From the human T2T-CHM13v2.0 reference genome, Homo sapiens: DNA of 64,000 nucleotides. The stretch spans positions 44,928,001 to 44,992,000 of the forward strand of contig CP068257.2 in assembly GCA_009914755.4 (NCBI GenBank), given 5' to 3'. The notes below the pieces were generated by a model, which was not told the origin of the DNA, made no database searches, and saw nothing but the letters and a program-made list of their open reading frames with translations. A program made the translations under genes and the position numbers. How positions within the stretch are numbered: position 1 is the stretch's first letter; each line of letters starts with the position of its first letter. Shown piece by piece: positions 25,582 to 52,566 of this stretch.

Positions 25582-25834
25582 TGCCGTATTCACCTGGACC
25601 AACCTGCTGGTGGTGGTGGTGGAGCTGGATGGGCTAGAGCAGGATGCCCTGGACCTGGTGGCCCTGGTGACCAACGTGGTGCTGGAGGAGCACTACCTGG
25701 TCGTGGGAGTGGTGGTCATCGTGGACCCAGGGGTGATCCCTATCAACTCTCGGGGTGAGAAGCAGCGCATGCACCTGCGGGACGGCTTCCTGGCTGACCA
25801 GCTGGACCCCATCTATGTCGCCTACAACATGTGA
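25582..25834 (+). CDS. DIP2A: DIP2A terminal coding exon (stop TGA at 25832..25834)
   Basis: Acceptor tcttctctctgcAG. Encodes (C)AVFTWTNLLVVVVELDGLEQDALDLVALVTNVVLEEHYLVVGVVVIVDPGVIPINSRGEKQRMHLRDGFLADQLDPIYVAYNM followed by the stop. The frame is continuous through all exons. Confidence 0.92.
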
Positions 25835-26450
25835 GCGCAGCACACCGGCCCAGGTGCCGGAGATGAATGAGCCCCAGCAGTCCAAGGTGTGATGTGGGAA
25901 GACACCGCAGAGCTCACTCACCGGGACTCGCCCTTCCTGTGCTCTTACAGATCCCTCTCAACAATCCCCGCATCTCCTTTTAGAAAGCACTTCCTGAATT
26001 ATTTAAAGAAATATTTTGAATCTGCCAAGTACATTTACAAAAACACGGATGCTGGTATTTTAACAGATGGAGAGACAAGGAAAGGAAAGGAAAGGCCTGG
26101 CATGGGCATTGTGAGGAATCACAGGCACCGAGGTTGTTCTCTGCTGTACTGCAAGTTTGCACTTTCTTTAGGCTAAAAATATAGTTCCTGATTTTTAAAA
26201 TTCAGTTATTTATTCCCACTTCAAATGACAAGTTCATATATAGAATTTACGGGAGAAACTTGAGACCATTTACGGGGAGAAATTTGATTCTGGGAAGATA
26301 GCAGAGTACAAACCAGCTGCCTCACTTCTGTTTCACAGGGAGGCTGATGGAAAAAGGAAGCAAGCTGGACCCATCCTCCCTGCTCACAGAGGGCACTGTG
26401 GTCACACACAGTGCCTCCTCTGCCAGTTCCTTTATTGAAAGAGGTGTGCT

Positions 26451-26760
<310 letters not shown>

Positions 26761-28200
26761 TCAGCATGTATTGTCACGGACACTCAATAAGTGCCATTTT
26801 GGACTGTCAAATTTAGATGCTTTGTTTCAGAAAGATAAGCCAGCATTTAGTTTTAAATCACTTTCCTGGTTTGTAACTTGATGCTGTTTAGTTAAATTGC
26901 TAGTTTTCCTAACACTACAATATTAATTCTTCTCGTGGAAGTGTACTGATTTATTATTTTTATTCCAAGTCAGCAGATTTGGAAGCATTGTGGTAAAGTC
27001 TAAGGTTTTCATATCCATAGTGCTGTTTGGTGAGTACCGGCAGTACAGTTGAGGGGAGCAGGGAACAGCATTGCCCCGTATTGAAGGTGGAGATGGTTAC
27101 ATTCTTCACTGCTTTTTGCATTTTGAGTTGTGTGCCTATAAAATTTGGCCAAACCATTTTATTATTTTGTTCAAACTTGACTAAGCTGAGTGATCTAAAA
27201 TTATACAGAACCTAAATCAAAGAAGAGAATGTAAAGTCCTTTAGTTACTTCTAAGAATTTGAAGTCAAGCACGAATCTAAGACATAGATTATTTTTATAT
27301 AGCTAATGAAGAGTATGTTACGAAATTGTTGGGTTTTTGGGGTATTGAGGGTGGCAAATTTTGTGAATCATGCATGCTTCACAGAAACAACCAGGTTTTT
27401 CCAGAATTAGTCTGGATCAGTGCCTAACAAAGCTGTTATTAATTCTCCACACATGAGTCTGGCTAACTGGGCCAGCTCTCATGTTTTACTCCTGTCTGGC
27501 TACAAATAGCACTGTGCATAGTAGCCCTGTTTCCCCATGGTGTTGGACTGTGGTAAAGTATGTTGTGACATACTGGAATTCTAATAATCCTGTTGTAAGT
27601 ATGTACAGAATCTATGTAACTTATTGTTGACATACAGAGGTTTGGGAAGTAGTCTAATGGACATTCCTTACAATAGAATGGCTGGGAAGGGAAAGAAAAA
27701 AAAAAAAACTACCTAACTCCAATCTTAATGTTGTAGTTTTATAGCAAACAAAAATTGTCAGCTTTTTGTATTGAAAGGTCAGTGGTGGTAAGACAAGGTG
27801 TCTTGTAAATTAAGATTTTAAGAAGTGCATTAAAATGTTTTAGAATTACTCTGGGAATTCTGTATATCACACTAAAATTTTTATATCATTATGTTAATAA
27901 AAGTTATTGACTTTGTAATTCTGCATTTTGAAATGTGTGAAAAGGGTCTTTAAATTACCCCGAATAGGTTGTATCTTATTTTGCTTTTTTTCTGACTATA
28001 AAAGCAGTTATGCTTATAGCATAAAATCTAGAAAGCACATTAAAGTATAAAGAAAATTAAAATTTCTTATAATTCTACCTCTGAGTAAACAGCAGCATTC
28101 ATATGTAACATAAACCCTCTCAGGGATTTATTTTTTCTTTTTAAAAATTTTTTACAAAATTAGGATCAAGTGCTTTTTTAAATAATTTGCTTTTGTACTT

Positions 28201-28206
28201 AATAAA
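28201..28206 (+). other. DIP2A: AATAAA polyadenylation signal (candidate terminal DIP2A poly(A) signal)
   Basis: AATAAA hexamer in a T/A-rich context. An alternative upstream AATAAA lies at 27896..27901. Confidence 0.45.
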
Positions 28207-29572
28207 TTATAGACTTTAAAATCTATTACATATATTCTTCTACATGTTTCAGTGGCTGTATTTTACAAGTGTGCCATGAGTAAATGTAGTATTTGCTGTA
28301 TTGCTGTACATCAGCGTTGTTTCAACAGGACTGCAGTGAGCCCAGATGCACGTTTACACTGCCATGATTACAATTACTGCCTTGGGCTCAGTTCTTATAG
28401 GTAGAGTGAGTGGGTCAGAGTTCATGCCAGGTGTGAAGCTTTGGGTACCTGCTGCCCTCCAGAAGGGCAGGATGACAGCATGGAAAAGGCCTCTTTGCAG
28501 ATGCCAAGTAATGTTGGCAATGGACATGTGCTCAAGATTAAAATAACTCTTTAACAATTTGATAGGCAAATAAGTGTTGTGTCTGGTCATGTTGAATATG
28601 TCCTCGTGTTCATGGCCATTTTTAGTTCTTATCTGATGTATTTTGTTCAGATTTGGCAGTCCTTATGGTCAAGTTTTTTCTTACTGACATGTAGGAGTCT
28701 CTTTCTATTAAGAATTATAACCTCCATATACTTCTTACTTTTTCTTGTGGGTTATTTGTATTTTGGTTCTATCTGTTTTGGTGCAGATGGTTTTTTAGAT
28801 GTTATATTTATGCAAACTGGTTATTGTGTTTGATTTCAGATTATGAATATAGCTGATTTATTTCAAAGTGGTTCTACTGGAATGATCAGCATAAACCAAT
28901 GGGGAGTACATGGCAGAGAAATAACTAACCTCCAGTATTTGCCTGGTTCCTGCCACAGTGCTGGCCTTCATGTTGGCAGTTCCAGAAGTGGGGTTGAGGG
29001 AGAGAGAGAATACTTGAAGAAATAATGGCTGAAGACTTCCTAAATTTGATGAAAGACCTGAATATAAGCATCCAAGTAGCTCAACAAATTCCAAGTAAGA
29101 TGAACTCAAAGAGACCACACAGATACCAACATTTCAGAAGCCAAAGCCAGAGAATTTTGAAAGCAACAAGGGAGAAGCAACTTGCTACATACAAAGGATC
29201 CTCAGTAACAGGACCCCAAGCCCTGGGCCACAGACTGTTAACAGTCTGTTAGGTACCAGACCACACAGCAAGAGGTGAGTGGTGGGTGAGTGAGCATTAC
29301 CACCTGAGCTCTGCCTCCTGTCAGATCAGTGGTGACATTAGATTTTCATAGGCATGCAAGCCTTCTTATGAACTAACTGCACGTGCCAGGGATCGAGGTT
29401 GCACACTCCTTATAAGAATCTAATGCCTGATGATCTGAGGTGGGACAGTTCCATTCCAAAACCATCGTCCTGTGCCCCCTGGTCTGTGGAATAATTGTCT
29501 TCCACAAAACCAGTCGCTGGTGCCAAAAAGGTTGGGGACTGCTGCTCAATAAGATTATCAGCAGATTGCTCA

Positions 29573-30300
29573 TCAGAAACTAGAGGCCAGAAGGTAGTGG
29601 GCCAATATATTGAAATTTAAAGTAGTTTTTTCTAATTCTGTGAAGAAAGTCAATGGTAGCTTGATGGGGATAGCATTGAATTTATAAATTATTTTGGGCA
29701 GTATGGCCATTTTCACGATATTGGTTCTTCCTATCCATGAACATGGGATGTTTTTCCATTTGTTTGCATCCTCTCCTATTCCCTTGTGCAGTGGTTTGTA
29801 GTTCTCCTTGAAGAGGTCCTTCACATCCCTTGTAAGTTGTATTCCTAGGTATTTCATTATCTTAGTAGCAATTGTGAATGGGAGTTCACTCATCATTTGG
29901 CTCTCTGTTTGTCTGTTATTGGTGTATAAGAATGCTTGTGATTTTTGCACATTGATTTTGTATCCTGAAACTTTGCCGAAGTTGCTTATCAGAGTAAGGA
30001 GATTTTGGGCTGAGATGATGGGGTTTTCTAAATATACAATCATGTCATCTGCAAACAGAGACAATTTGACTTCCTCTTTTCCTATTTGAATATGCTTTGT
30101 TTCTTTCTCTTGCCTGTTTGCCCTGACCAGAACTTCCAATACTATGTTGAGTAGGAGTGGTGAGAAAGAGCATCCTTGTCTTGTGCCGGTTTTCAAAGGG
30201 AATCCTTCCTAGTTTTTGCCCATTCAGTATGATACTGGCTGTGGGTTTGTCATAAATAGCTCTTATTATTTTGAGATATGGTCCACCAATACCTAGTTTA
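29573..30300 (-). mobile_element. L1 ORF2 fragment (reverse-transcriptase domain, antisense)
   Basis: The - strand ORF encodes ...[29 protein letters not shown]...[12 protein letters not shown]..., which is the L1 RT motif region. Confidence 0.8.
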
Positions 30301-30654
30301 TTGACAGGTTTTAGCTTTTAATAATAAAGTTTATAATGTAAAAAATAAAAAATTTTTAGAGAAAAAAGTTTATAAAGATGTCTAAAAATGTTTTGCACAG
30401 TTGTACAATGTGTTTTAAGCTAAATGTTTTTACAAAATAGCCAAAAACTTAAAAACATTTGAAAGTTTATAAAGTTACGGTAAGCTAAGGTTAATTTATT
30501 ATTGAAGAAAAATTATGTTTAGTGTAGTCTAAGTGTACAATGTTTATAAAGTCTATAGTAGTGTACAGTAATGTCCTAGGCCTTCACATTCATTCACCAC
30601 TTACACCCAAAATAACTTTGAGTTCTACCAGCTCCATTAATGGTAAGTACTTAC

Positions 30655-31010
30655 TATGATTTGAGTGACCCCCAATGTGGCAGTATTAAGAGGTGGGGCC
30701 CTTAAGAGGTGATTGGATTAATCTATTCAAGGATTGATAGATTAATGGATTATCATGGGAATGGGGCTGATGGCTTTGTAAGAAGATGAAGACCTGAGCT
30801 AGCATGCTCAGCGCCCCCACCATATGATGCCCTGCACTACCTTGGGAGTCTGCAGAGAGTCCCTACCAGCAAGAAGACCCTGACCTGATGTGGCCCTCAA
30901 CCTTGGACTTCTCAGCTGCTATAATTCTAAGAAATAAATTCATGTTTTTCTTATAATGTAGCCAATTTCAGGTGTTCTGTTATAAGCAACATACAATGGA
31001 CTGAGTGCCC
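30655..31010 (+). mobile_element. MaLR-type LTR (MST/MLT-like)
   Basis: Contains gtggcagtattaagaggtggggccc...ccagcaagaagaccctgacctgatgtggccctcaaccttggacttctcagc...aagaaataaattcatg, a MaLR LTR signature. Confidence 0.5.
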
Positions 31011-31379
31011 TGTACAAGTGTACTGATTTTAATCCTTTATACTGTATTTTTACTACCTTTTCTAAATTTGGACATGTGTTTAGATATACAAATACCAGTG
31101 CATTACAATTGCCTACAGTATTTTGTACAGTTACATGGTGGACAGGTTTGTAACCCAGGAGCAATAGGCTATATCATATAGCCTAGGTGTGTTGTAGGCT
31201 AGGTTTGTGTAGATACATATACACTGTATGTTGTTCCCCCAATGATGAAATCACCTAAAAACACATTTCTCAGAACATATTTCTGTTGTTAAGTAATGCA
31301 TGGCTGTATGCACAAAAGGAAGTGAGAAAGGGATTTAAATGTTTCATTAAAAAAAAACACAGAAGGGCGCAATACAAGA

Positions 31380-31854
31380 AATGAAAAAGATATAAGGCAT
31401 ATAGAATATGAAGTGACAGAAGTAAGTCTCTCCTTATTGATAATTACTTTATCTGTAAATAGATTAAATGGACAGAGATTGGCAGAATGGGGAAAAAACA
31501 GGATCTAACTGTATGCTGTCTACAAGAGACTCACATCCAAAGACACAGTATTAATATATTGAGAGTGACAGGATGGAAAAATATATTCACTGGGCACAGT
31601 GGCTCATGTCTGTAATCCCAGCGCTTTGGGAGGCTGAGGCAGGTGGTTTTCTTGAGCCCAGGAATTTGAGACCAGCCTAGGCAACATGAAGAGACCACAT
31701 CTCTACCAAAAAAATACAAAAATTAGCTGGGCATTGTGGCTTTCTCAGGAGGCTGAGGTGGGAATATTCCTTGAGCCTGATGGGTGGAGATTGCAGTGCA
31801 CCAAGATCACAACACTGTACTCCAGCCTGGGAGACAGAGTAAGACCCTCTCTCA

Positions 31855-31911
<57 letters not shown>

Positions 31912-34350
31912 TATTCCATGCAAATAGTAATCAACAGGGAGCAGAGGTAGCTATAATAATATAGTTTAAATAAAAAATGATTACAAGAAATGATGGACAT
32001 TAATAAAAGATTCAATTCAGCAAGATGTAACAATTGTAAACATTTACACATACAATGACAGATCATCAAAATATATGAAATGAAAACTGACAATAGAAGG
32101 GAGAAAGGAGAAATAGACAGTTCTATAATAATAGTTGGAAATGTCAGTGCCCTGCTTTGAATAATGGATGGAACAATAAGACATAAGTAAGGAAATGGAG
32201 GCTTTAAACAGCACAACAAACTAACTAGATCTAACAGACATATGCAGAACATTCTACCCAACAATAAAAATAGAATACACATTCTTCTCAAGTTCACATG
32301 GAACATTTTCCAGGATAGACAACATGTTAGGCCACAAATTAAGTCTCAATAGATTTAAAAATATACAAAGTCTCTCCTTAAACCAAACTGGGATAAAGTT
32401 AAAAATCTATAGCAGAAGGAAAACTGAGAAAATACAGAAATTAGTGAAAATTAACACACTTTCAAACAACCAATGGATCAAAGAAGAAATAACAAGAAAA
32501 ATTAGAAAATACTTGGAAATAAAAACAATGTACCAAAACTTATGGGACCCAGCAAAAGCAGTGCTAAAGAAGCAATTTATAGCTATAAATGCTTACATTA
32601 AAAACCAAGAAGGACCTCAAATTAACAAACTAACATTACAACTTAAGAAACTAAAAAAGAAGAACAAACTAAACCCAAAGTTAGCAGAAGTAAGGATTAG
32701 TGCAGAAATAGATGAGAGACAATAGAAAAACAGAGAAAATCAAGAAAGCCAAAAATGGTTTCTTTGAAAAGATCAACAAAATTGACATTTTAGCTAGATG
32801 GACCAAGAAAAAAAGAAGACAGATTACTAAAATCAGAAATAAAATTGGAAACGTTACCAATTCTACAGTAATAAAAAGCATTAAAAAATACTATGCACAA
32901 TTGTATGCCAACAAATGGAAAAACCTAGAATAGACAAGTTCCTAAAAACACAAAACATATCAAGACTAATCATGAAGAAATAGAAAATCTGAGTAGACCT
33001 ATAACTAGTAAGGAGATTGATTTAAGTAATAAAAGATCTATTGACAAAAACCTGATGGCTTCATTGGTGAATTCTACCAAACATTTAAATAACTAACACT
33101 AATCCTTTTTAAACTTTTTCAGAAAGTTGAGGGAAAACTTTCAAACTTACTCTATGAGGCAAGCATTATCCTGATACTGGAACCAGTCAGACACTACAAA
33201 AACAGAAAACTACAGACCATGATTCCTTCTGAACATTGATGTAAAAATCCTCAATAAAATACTAGCAAACTGACTTCAGCAGCATATTAAAAACACTATA
33301 TAGCATTACAAAGTGGGGTTTACTCCTGGAATGTAAGGATGATTCAATATATAAAACAATCAATGTAATAAACCATATTAATGGAATGAAGGGGAAAAAC
33401 CACATGTGATCGTCTCGATTGATGCAGCAAAGGCATTTGGCAAAATTCAGTACCCTATAATGATTAAAGAAAAAAACAACTAGGAATAAAAGGAAACTAC
33501 TTCAACATAATGAAGTCCATATATGAAAATCCACAACAAACATCATACTCAGTAGTGAAAATCTGCAGAAGCTTTTTCTGATAAGATCAGAAACACAGCA
33601 AGGATGACTGCGTTTGTCACTTCCACTCAACACAGAACTGGAAGCTCTTAGAGCAATTAGGCAAGAAAAAAAGGATTCTAAATTGGAAAGAAACAATTCA
33701 AATTATCTCTGCCAATGATATAATCTCATATGTAGAAAGGCCTAAAGATTCCACAAAAAAAAGTAGCACTAATAAATTTAGCAACATAGCAGGATACAAG
33801 GTCAACACACAAAAATAGTTGCATTTTCATACACTCACAATGAACAATTCGAAAAGGAAATCAGGAAAACAATTCCATTGACAATAGCATCAAAAAATAT
33901 TTAGGAATTAACCAAGGAGATGAAAGACTTATAAAATGAAAAGTACAAAACATTGAATGGAAAACATCGAACAATACAAAGAAATAAGTGGAAAGACATC
34001 TTATGTTCATGGATTGGAAGTCTTAATATTGTTAAGATGTCAGTACTACTCAAAGCCATCTACAGATTCAAGGCAGTCCCTATCCAAATTCTAATTATGG
34101 TTTTTGCAGAAAGACTAACTCATTCTAAAATTGATATAGAATCTAAAGACACTCTGAATAAACAAAGCAATTTTGAAAAAGAAAAAGCTGTAAGACAGTT
34201 CTCCAAATAAGATATACAAAAGGTATACACCTTTGAAAAATGAAAGCAAAATAAGGACATTCTTAGATAAGCAAATTTTGTTGTTGGCTGACATCACCAT
34301 AAATACTAAAGAAAGTCCATCAGACTGAAAGCAAGTGACCCCCGATGGCA
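31380..34350 (+). mobile_element. Older L1 (ORF2 region, sense) interrupted by an Alu and truncated by a younger L1
   Basis: The L1 ORF2 N-terminus (...ctgtatgctgtctacaagagactcacatccaaagacaca...) continues through RT-domain sequence. The Alu at 31592..31909 has a target-site duplication. Confidence 0.7.
31592..31909 (+). mobile_element. Alu nested in an L1, with a roughly 50-nt poly(A) tail
   Basis: Full Alu. An A-run of about 50 nt spans 31856..31909. The target-site duplication is aaaaatatattc / aaagatattcc. Confidence 0.9.
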
Positions 34351-41010
<6,660 letters not shown>

Positions 41011-41761
41011 AACCAAGTGAATATGCCAAATGGTAACTTGGATCCACAGAAAAAGCAAAGAGAACCAGTAAAGGTAAAGATAATTATATAATGGTAAGAC
41101 TATAAATGCATTTTTCCTTAACATGAATGAATTAAACAGTTTATTAAAAAGGCAGAGATTGTCAGAAAACCTGTGTAAAAACAAGCAAACAAACAAAAAC
41201 AAAAAATAAGACCCAACTATATGCTGTCCACAGGAGATACACCTTTTATTCAAAGATACAAATAGACTGACAGTAAAAGGATGAGAAAAGGTACATCATT
41301 CAAACAGCAGCCACAAGAAAGCTGGAGTGGCTATACTAATCTCATACAAAATAGACATAACAAAAAATTCCTAGAGACATTTTATAACTATAGAAGGGTC
41401 AATCTATCAGGAAAAGCTAACAATTACAAATATGTATGCACCCAACAACAAAACACTACAATACACAAAGCACACAACTGACAGAAATAAGAGTTGGAGA
41501 CTTCAATGTCTCACTTTCTATAATGAATAACCAAGCAGAAAATCAACTAGGAAATAAAAGATATAACATTATAAACAACTAGACATAACAAACATCTATA
41601 AAACACTCCACACAACAAGAAAGTATACATTCTTCTCAACTGCACATAGAACATTCTCTAGAACACACCACCATATGCTAGGCTATAAAGCAAACCTCTC
41701 TAAATTTAAAAGGATATAATACATAAATTATGTTCTCCTACACAATAGAATGAAATTAGGA

Positions 41762-42125
41762 ATTGATATAGTTTGAATTTTTGTTCACTCCAAAACTCAT
41801 ACTAAAAGTTAATTCCCATTTTGAAGGTGTCGGGAGGTGGGAACTTTAAGAGGTGTTTGGGTCATGAGGGTTATGTGCTCATTAATGGGTTAATGCCATT
41901 ATCACAGAAATGTGTTCATTATCACAGGAGGAGTACTGTTATAAAAGGGCAGGTCTGGCCTCCCCTTGCTCTCTCTTGCCTTTCCACCTCCCACCATGGG
42001 ATGATGCAGCACAAGGGTCCTGCCAGATGCTGCCCCCTCATTCTTCGATTTCCCAGCCTCCAGAGCTGTGCTAAATAAATTTCTGTTCATTATTAAATAC
42101 CCAGTCTTAAGTATTTTGTTATAGC
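41762..42125 (+). mobile_element. MaLR LTR (MST-like) nested in the old L1
   Basis: Contains ...gggaggtgggaactttaagaggtgtttgggtcatgaggg...cttcgatttcccagcctccagagctgtgctaaataaatttctgttcattattaaatacccagtcttaagtattttgttatagcag. Confidence 0.6.
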
Positions 42126-42848
42126 AGGACAAATTGGAATAAGACAGAAATCAACAGGAAAAAATTTGGAAAACTCCCAAGCATATGGAAATTGAGCAGC
42201 ACTCTACTAAATAACCAATGGATCAGAGGAAAACAAAAGGGAAATAAAAAAATACCCTGACATAAATGAAAATGAAGACACAACATATCAAAATTTATGG
42301 AATGAAGCTGAAGCAGTGTTAAATGTCTAGCTGCACATGCGTATAATAAGAAAGAAGAAAAATTTCAAATCATTAACCTAGTTTTATCCTGGAAAAAGAA
42401 GAGTAAACTAAACCTAAAGAAAGCAGAAGAAAGAAAAGATAAATATTAGAATGGAAATTAATGAAACAGATATTGAAAAGCACAAGAGAAAAACAATAAA
42501 ACCAAAAACTGAAAAGATTTTTAAAAATTAACAAAACTGTAGCTAGGCTAAGAAAAAAGAGAAGACTCAAATTACTAGAATCAGAAATAAAAAAGGACAT
42601 TACTACAGATCTTACAGAAATAACAAAGGATGATAAAGAAGTAGTATGAACAATCGCATGCCAATACATTAGGTAACTTAGATGAAATGGATACATTCCT
42701 AGAAAGACACAAACTACCAAACCCCACTTAAGATCAGGCAATCTGAACAGACTTATAACAAGCAAAAATACTGAATAAGCAGTAAAACACCATACCCACC
42801 CAGACGGCTTCACCACTAAATTTTACTAAATATTTGAAAAATATTTGA

Positions 42849-43227
<379 letters not shown>

Positions 43228-43509
43228 AAAATATTCTTAAAAATTGAAGAGGGAACACTCAGTTTATGAAGCCAGTATTATCTGATACCAAAACCAAACA
43301 TCACAAGAAAACTACAGACCAGTATCTCTTATGAATATGAACAGACAAATCCAACAAAATACTAAAATGAAATCCAGCAACATATAAAAAGAATTGGACA
43401 CTAAGACCAAGTGGAATTTATTCCAGGAATCCAAGATTGGTTTAATATTTGAAAATTAATATATGCCATATCAATAGAATAAAAAAGCCCACATGATTAT
43501 CTTTATAGC

Positions 43510-49451
<5,942 letters not shown>

Positions 49452-51775
49452 ACTTTGGAGACTGATAGAATTTGGCTGTGTCCCCACCCAAATCTCATCT
49501 TGAATTCCCATATGTTGTGGGAAGGACCCAGCAGGAGGTAACTGAATCACGGGGCAGGTCTTTCCTGTACTGTTCTCATGATAGTATATCTCATGAGATT
49601 TGATGGTTATTATATGGGGGAAGTTTTCCTGCACAAGCTTTCATTCTCTGTTTGCCTGCTGCCATCCACATAAGATGTGACTTGCTCTTCCTTGCCTTCC
49701 ACCATGATTGTGAAGCTTCCCCAGCCATGTAAAACTGAGTTCTCCATTAAACCTCTTCCCTTTGTAAAGCCTTTCCTTTGCCCAGTCTTTCCTTTGCCCA
49801 GTCTTGGGTATGTCTTTATCAGCAATGTAAAAATTGACTAATACAGTAGATTGGTATTCAGTAGAGTGGGGTGCAACTTAAAAGATACCCAAAAATGTGG
49901 AAGCAACTTTGGAACTGAGTAACAGGCTGAGGTTGGAACAGTTTGGAGGGCTCAGAAGAGACAGAAAATTGTGGGAAAGTTTGGAACTTCCTGGAGATTT
50001 GTTGAATGGCTTTGACCAAAAGCCTGATAGCGATATGAACAATAAGGTCCAGGCTGAGGTGGTCTCAGATGGAGATGAGGAACTTGTTGGGAACTGGAAC
50101 AAAGGTGACTCTTACGTTTTAGCAAAGAGACTGGTGGCATTTTTCCCCTGTTGTAGAGATATCTGGAACTTGGAGCTTGAGAGAGATGATTCAGGGTATC
50201 TTGCAGAAGAAATTTCTAAGCAGCAAAGCATTCAAGATGTGACTTGGGTGCTGTTAACGGCACTCAGTTTGATAAGGGAAACAGAGCATAAAAGTTCAAA
50301 AAATTTGCAGCCTGACAATGTGGTAGAAAAGAAAAACCCACTTTCTGAGGAGAAATTGAAGCCGGCTGCATAAATTTGCATAAATAACAAGGAGCTGAAT
50401 ATTAATCCTCTAGACAGTGGGGAAAATGTCTCCAGGGCATGTTAGAGGTCTTCACAGCAGCCCCTCCTATCACAGTCCTGGAAGCCTGGGAGAAAACAGT
50501 TTCATGGGCCAGGCCCAGGGTCCCTGTGTTGTGTGCAGTCTAGGGGCTTGGTTCTCTGCATCCCAGCCACTCCAGCTGTGACTGGAAGGAGCCAAGGTGC
50601 AGCTTGGGCTGTTACCCAAGGGTGGCGGCCCCAAGCCTTGGCAGCTTCCACGTGGTGTTGAGCCTGTAGGTGCACAGAAGTCAAGAATTAAAGTTTGGAA
50701 ACCTCCACCTAGATTCCAGAAGATGTATGGAAATGCCTGGATGCCCAAGCAAAAGTCTGCTGCAGGGGTGGGGCCCTCACGGAGAATCTCTGCTGGGGCA
50801 GTGCAGAAGGGAAATGTGGGGTTGGAGCCCCCACACAGAGTTCCTCCTGGGGCACTGCCTAGTGGAGCAGTGAGAAGAGGGTCACAATCCTCCAGACTCC
50901 AGAATGGTAGATCCACAGACAGCTTGCACTGTGGGCCTGGAAAAGCTGCCGACACTCAATGCCATCCCATGAAAGCAGCCAGGAGGGAGGCTGTACCCTG
51001 CAAAGCCACAGGGGCTGAGCTGCCCAAGACCATGGGAATCCACCTCTTGCCTCAGTGTGATCTGGATGTGAGACATGGAGTCAAAGGAGATCATTTTGGA
51101 GCTTTAAGATTTGACTGCCCCACTGGATTTCAGATTTGCATGGGGTCTGTAGCCCCAGCGTTTTGGCCAATGTCTCCTATTTAGAATGGCTGTATTTATC
51201 CAATGCCTGTAGCCCTACTCTATCTACGAAGTAACTAACTTGCTTTTGATTTTGCAGGCTTATAGGCAGAAGGGACTTGCCTTGTCTCAGATGAGACTTT
51301 GGACTGTGGGCTTTTGAGTTAATGCTGAAGTAAGACTTTGGGGGACTGTTGGGAAGGCATGATTGGTTTTGAAATGTGAGGACATGAGATTTGGGAGGGG
51401 CCAGGGGTGGAATGATATGGTCTGCCTGTGTCCCCACCCAAATCTCATCTTGTATTCCCATGTGTTGTGGGAGGGACTTGGTGGGCAGTAACTGCATCAT
51501 GGGGGCAGGTCTTTCCTGTGTTGTTCTCATAATAGTAAGTCTCACAAAATCTGATGGTTAGTATAAGGGAGAGTTTTCCTGCACAAGCTCTCACTCTGTC
51601 GTTGCCTGCTGCCATCCACATAAGATGTGACTTGCTCCTTCTTGCCTTCTGCCATGATTGTGAGGCTTCCCCAGCCACGTGGAACTGTGAATTCTCCATT
51701 AAACCTCTTTCCTTTGTATGTTGCCCAGTCTCAGGTATGTCTTTATCAGAAGTGTGAAAATGGACTAATACAAGG
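49452..51775 (+). mobile_element. Complete THE1-type MaLR element (LTR, internal region, LTR) nested in the L1 3' end
   Basis: The 5' LTR is about 49452..49858 and the 3' LTR about 51411..51775. Both carry tggctgtgtccccacccaaatctcatcttg...gggaggtaactgaatcatgg...attaaacctctt...cccagtct..ggtatgtctttatcag. The internal part runs between them. Flanked by the repeat ggagac / ggac. Confidence 0.8.
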
Positions 51776-51955
51776 ACTTGGGGAAAGGGTGGGAAGGGAG
51801 TGAGGGATAAAATACTATAAATAGGGTGCAGTGTATATTGCTCGGGTGATGGGTACACCAAAATCTCGCAAATCACCACCAAAGAACTTATTAGTGTAAC
51901 CAAACACCACCTGTTTCCCAATAACCTATGCAAATAAAATAAAATTTAAAAATTG
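51776..51955 (+). mobile_element. 3' end of the L1 that was split by the THE1 insertion
   Basis: ggacttggggaaagggtgggaagggagtgagggataaaatactataaatagggtgcagtgtatattgctcgggtgatgggtacaccaaaatctcgcaaatcaccacc...aaataaaataaaattt is a typical old L1 3' end. Confidence 0.75.
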
Positions 51956-52222
51956 CTACAGAAAAGGAAAAAAAAACCTGAATGCCAAGCTCCAAATCTC
52001 AGATAAATCCATGGACCGGATTGAGAACCTCTCTTCCCATTTGATGTGCTTTCCTCTGATTGACCCCCACCCTTCACCTATTTTACATATACCTACCCTT
52101 CCCTAATTGTTTTTTTTACATTTTTACATTGTTGTTTCCATCTTTGAGTGGTGCCTTTGTTTTAGCCTTTTTTGCATACTCACAAACCAATCACCACACA
52201 CTCCCCCATTCTGAGCCCATAA

Positions 52223-52566
<344 letters not shown>

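Noticed and set aside
29573-30196. 207-aa minus-strand ORF
   Set aside because: Clear L1 ORF2 reverse-transcriptase fragment ([12 protein letters not shown] motif region). It is a transposon remnant, not a host gene.
31677-32306. 209-aa minus-strand ORF with a poly-Phe stretch
   Set aside because: It reads through the antisense of a 50-nt Alu poly(A) (giving the FFFFF run) into L1 sequence. It is an artefact.
50470-51184. 195-aa (+) and 161-aa (-) ORFs
   Set aside because: They lie inside the internal region of the THE1/MaLR element. MaLR internal sequences have no functional genes, and the ORFs are chance or relic.
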